64,000 nt of DNA from Sphagnum compactum (lineage: Eukaryota), in assembly GCA_965153455.1 (NCBI GenBank), contig OZ234493.1, positions 9,662,213 through 9,726,212 of the forward strand, read 5' to 3'. The notes under the pieces are model-generated. The model made no database searches and was not told where the DNA came from. It saw only the letters and a list, made by a program, of their open reading frames with translations. Positions 59,346 to 64,000 of this stretch are shown piece after piece. Position numbers and translations under genes: made by a program. Numbering within the stretch: position 1 is the first letter of the stretch; every line of letters starts with the position of its first letter.

Positions 59346-62169
59346 TTTTGATGCAAGAAATCCAAAGTGATTTTTCTCTATATCAAGACATCATTCACTC
59401 GCATGAAGGAATCCAGGCCCAAAACATATTCGAATCTCATTCTTATTTTCCACATTCATCCAATGATTTAAATTAAAATGAAATTCTCAACAAATTTGTA
59501 CCTTCTTTTTATAAAAAAGTAGAAAAGTCTATCATGTAGGGCCAAAGTAATTTGAGTATCATTTAAATAAACAAAATTCACTTCTAGTGTAACACAGTGC
59601 AAGTGATAACGAAAGCACAATATTAACATCTTCAAGCTACCAAATAATTCCTCGGTGGTCTAATATCAATGACGATGTAGGTCCAAAATTTTATTTCATG
59701 TTTCAAATGAAAAGAGAAAAATAAAAAAAATGCAAGGCATATATATCTACACAAATTGCAGCAAGAAAGAGAATGAAAAACTAATTAATAAATAATGTGA
59801 AGCAAACAAGTAGGGCATGTGGTGCTTATGGTGTGGAACTACTCTTGTATTGGATAAAACCCAGGCACTATTGGGAACATCTTGAGGAACGCATTTAGGA
59901 ACACTTTGAGAACTTAGACTCTTTGGGAACATGATGGGAACACATTGAGAACAAGAGAAAAAAACCAAAAAATCCCTCTCGCCCACCCCGGCTCCCCCCT
60001 TTCCTCCAAAAGAGAAAAACCTCCAAAAGAAGAAAACTGGATTGTCCATGAGTGCATGCTGAGCCTCCTCATTGGCTGTGTGAAATTTTCTCTTTCCAAA
60101 AATTTCTCTTCACAAGAGGACTTAATGACTTAGCCAAATTTGTTTACAAGTCAAAGAGGACAATGGAAACGTTTAGGGTCCATGGTATATTTTGACTACA
60201 TGCTAGAGCCTATTGTTATGATCATGCTTGTTTTTTTTTTTTTTTTTTGGGTGTGTTTCTAGGCATTGTATTATAACATTTCAGTGAGAAGTTTTTAATG
60301 TGTGTTTTAATTAACAAATATTATTGTGAAAGTTTGCAAATATGGATGTGGTGATGTCCTTAGTATTTTGGGTGGGTTTTTTTTTTTTTTTATAAAATTC
60401 ATCTTGTGCTCATAAAATAATCACGTTTTTATGAGTCTTTTCTTCTTTCACGATTTTTGTCAACTTTCATGGCTATTAACTATCAATCTAGTTTACATAA
60501 TATAATGTTTTTTCAAAAATCTCATCAAACTACTTACCTAGGGGTTGTGGAATAGAAAAACCCCTCTTTTGCAATTATGCCTTCAATTACAGTTCAATTA
60601 AAAAACATAGTTGAAACGAACAAGTGTAGTTGCAAAGTATTTTTTCTAATTAGGACTTTTTTTTTCAACTATAAACCAAAAAAATCAACAAATATTAGTG
60701 GAAAATGACATTCTAGTTGAAAGTGTCAAATACAACAATAACCACTACATACCATTTCAGTTACAAACTACATATTACTATAATTGAGAGTTGTTTTTAA
60801 TTGCTCTCAATTAGTGGACGAACTTCATCCATTGATTAGGCATGGTGTCGTCCAAAAATCCAATTGTAATTTTGATTAGATTGCAACTATGTAAATTGAA
60901 CATTTGGCTAATGGTTTGGTGACATGTGGCACATTCACAATATTGATACATGGCACATTCACAAAGTTCAACATCAATGAATAGTTGAATGACATGTGCC
61001 ACATCCACATCCATACGCTAGGCCATGTGGCATTTGAATATTAGCTACTTAGCTTAAACATAGGTTAAGTCTAAACCTAGGAACCTAAATTAAACCTAAA
61101 CATAGGCCATTTAACTTAGGCTTAAACTAAGGCTAGACCTAATCACGTACATTAGGCTTAAATCTAGGCTGGACACTTAACAAATGAAATCGTATTTGAT
61201 TTGGTTTAGCTCTTAAGGTTGAACCTTTATTATTGGCTCATCCCAAATGGCTATTACATTTTCATGATTATTGTATTCTTCCAACAATCCTAATGCACTT
61301 CTTTATATAGTTTGGATTCTTGGATTAGAAGTCAAAACAATATTAGATAAACATTTTAGTTGTAACCTAATTATAACCCGATTATAACCTAATTGCAATT
61401 CAAATAATTGTAATGTAGTTGCAATTTAATTATAAATTAGTCTAAATTTAATTAGGCCTAAACCTAAATTAATAATTTACCTAGCCTAGGTTTAGCTAAT
61501 TACATTAATTATTTGTCGTAAATATCCATCAACCATCTTTAATTGTATACTTTTATAATTAAAAAATTTAAAAAATCATTTATTAAATAATATGATAATT
61601 ATTTTTAAAAATCTAATTTTTGAGTGATTAATTATAATCATTTTAAAATAATAGATTACTAATGATTAATCAATATAAAAAAAATACTAATTTGTTATAA
61701 CTTCTTATTTACATTTTATAAAACAAATAATTAAATAAAATATAGAAAATTCGTAATTTTTAAGTATTATTTTATTTATAATATTAATATATTGTAGTGA
61801 TAATTCATAATTGGTTAAAATTATAACAAAAACATTAATAAAAATATCGTAATTAGTAGCTAGGCTAGGCTAATTATTTAACTATTATTATTCGTATTGT
61901 TACCTAATTGGTTATAACCATTATGAACTAACATAATAAATATTAAATAAGAATTTGTATTGGGGTAAATATAACAATGTTAAAGTAATAATAATTTCTT
62001 AAACTAACAAATAATTTATTAAATATGTTTGTTAACTATTTTGATAATTATTATGATTTGATAATAATTTAAAAAAAATGAAATTTAACTAACAAAACAC
62101 AATTAAAAAAAATAAAAATTAATAGCCAACATTAGAATTAACATCAAAATTTAAAAAATAAATAAAAAT

Positions 62170-62946
62170 AATGTATCATTATTTGAAATGTTGTAAACAA
62201 AAATTGAATCTACATATAAATAATAAATTACACATATATTGAAGATACACTTTATTAAGTTGACTTACGTGTCAAAATTTCATTAAATTTTCTTTTCAAA
62301 TTAAAGTGTAATATTTACATGCACAAAAAAAAATCATCATACATAACATTCATTTATACAAAAAGTATTTACATGTAGCTTAATAATTAATGAAAATATA
62401 TCATAATTATAAAAATATATTTTATACATCATATGTATAGAAATGAATAAACATAAAATTTCACAAAAATATTAATTATTTATCATGATTTGATTTGTTG
62501 TAAACTAAAAGTTTATTTACGTAAAAATAATAAATTACATATATTGAACATAAATTATTACAAACTCATATTTCAAAATTTCCTAAAATTTTATTTTGAA
62601 AGTAAACTTTTAATATTTATATGCAGAAGAAAATATTTGCATCAATCATAACTATTCATTTACACAAATAAAATTTACATGTAGTTTAATGTTTAATGAT
62701 ATTTTATTGCAATAAAAAAAGATATAATGTGAATAAAAATGAATAAACATTAAAAGTTTCACAAAAATCATTAATTATGTATCATTATTTGGTATGTTGT
62801 AAAATTAAAATTCGATCTACTTAAAAATAATGAAATTTATGTATTAATTAAACATACACATTATTACAAACCTACATTTTGAAAATTTCTTAAATAAGAT
62901 TTTAAAATTTTAAAATTATTATTTATATGCACAACAAAAGATTTGC
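62170..62946. repeat. AT-rich tandem array, ~305-bp unit, about 2.5 copies
   Basis: Units start at ~62170, 62476 and 62776 with at.tatcat.atttg...tgttgtaaa. Each carries atttatatgca and, in the two full units, attcattta.acaaa...tttacatgtag...aaatgaataaacat. Confidence 0.8.
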
Positions 62947-63039
62947 TACCTACCCAAATGAAAGCCAGGTGCCATTACCAAAGAACACCCACCCAACCAA
63001 AGAACAGGATGAAAATCTGTCAACAGTTCAGATGAGATT

Positions 63040-64000
63040 GGATGTAGGGTTAGCCCTACCTTAGCGTAGCAGTGACTCTGCCTGACACCTGCCGCTCCTG
63101 TGAGTACCTTAGTCTTTCACGTTTCGATCAGATTTCCGAATGCCCGTTTCTGTTTTTTGCAGAGAGGATCGGTGGCGGTGAAGTAGTTAGTATACGACCT
63201 TTTTTCTGCGGTTGTACTGGAGACAAAAATTTCTGAGTCCCGGACGAATTTTTTTATTTTCTTGGTGGTTTTCGGAATCGTACCATATGAGATCATTCAG
63301 GTTGCTGTCTTTCGGGAATTGTAGTTCCGCTTGGACGCAGCAGATTAATGTGCCTTCCCTATGCCTGCGCCTCGCTCTCACGCAGCAGCAGCAGCAGCAG
63401 CAGCCTTCGGTCTGTGCGACTGGAGGGAGTAGGAAAGGACTTGGCGTGTTGTTGCTGGAGTTGAAAGCATTTGGCCAGCCAGACGCTAGCGTCAGAGCTT
63501 TCGTTCATCCTGTTTTCAGAGACTCCTTCTCCAACGAGTCTTCAGATTTTTTAAGCGCTGGCTGTCTCTGTACTGACGGTTGTACACTGTCGCTCGGGCT
63601 TGGCGGCAGAAGAAGATATCATACGAGTGTAATTGTTGGCGGTAAGTACAGACGAATGCTTGGACGGACAAGTGATTGCAGGACTTGAACGACACTCGTG
63701 AGATTTTTCTATGCCTTCTTGAGCAGCATCGCTGCTCAAAACATCCCTCTGTTTGGAGCTATGACAGTGATAATTTCTCAGTGTCAAGGCTTAGGGTTTG
63801 GATTTCTCTGGCCTCGAGTGTTCTCACACCAACTTGGACGGACAAGTGATTGAACGACTTGAACGAACTCGTGAGACTTTTGCATGCCTTCTTGAGCAGC
63901 ATCGCAAATATCCTCTCTCTGAAGCTATGGCAATGATACTTTCTCAGTGTCAAGGTTTAGGGTTTAGGGTTTCAATAGAAATCCAAACCCTATTAGGATT
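63040..64000 (+). other. Probable 5' end (leader exons and intron) of a gene continuing beyond the window
   Basis: Sharp shift from AT-rich to GC-richer DNA. Donor cct|GTGAGT at ~63099, acceptor tttttttgcAG at ~63162, (CAG)7 at 63383-63403, donor-like gcg|GTAAGT at ~63642, and telo-box repeats near 63790 and 63955-63972. No recognisable protein. Confidence 0.45.
63659..63972. repeat. Tandem duplication of a ~175-bp unit ending in a telo-box
   Basis: cttggacggacaagtgattg...ctcgtgaga...atgccttcttgagcagcatcgc...ttctcagtgtcaagg.ttagggttt at ~63659-63800 and ~63833-63970. Confidence 0.9.

Noticed and set aside
63212..63688. 158-aa ORF with a polyQ tract
   Set aside because: It has a non-ATG start, no known domain and leader-like composition. 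The polyQ is explained by a CAG microsatellite.

Overview
AT-rich land-plant nuclear DNA, most likely a moss. The repeat style suggests Sphagnum, but this is an inference. It has spliceosomal GT-AG introns, TTTAGGG telo-boxes and many small dispersed repeats. A gene-dense island (about 10.5-31.7 kb) contains, in order: an intronless SERF/4F5 gene behind a long leader with tandemly duplicated exon-like units; a 7-exon SAM-domain gene and a 5-exon SPT4 gene sharing a short bidirectional promoter; an N-myristoylation-type RING-H2 E3 ligase; an intron-containing tRNA-Tyr(GUA); a 5'-truncated but open cytosolic pyruvate kinase fragment; and an ANTH clathrin-assembly gene. An unidentified 260-aa coiled-coil ORF lies at about 39.4-40.2 kb, and a probable gene start runs off the right edge. 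The flanks are repeat-rich, with decayed pogo/DDE-1 and CACTA transposase remnants, an LTR-like fragment, MITEs, two long inverted repeats and several tandem arrays. I found no CRISPR, operon or clearly novel multi-gene system. The best candidates for follow-up are the duplicated 170-nt uORF-bearing leader exons upstream of SERF, the half pyruvate kinase next to the tRNA, and the 1-kb foldback.
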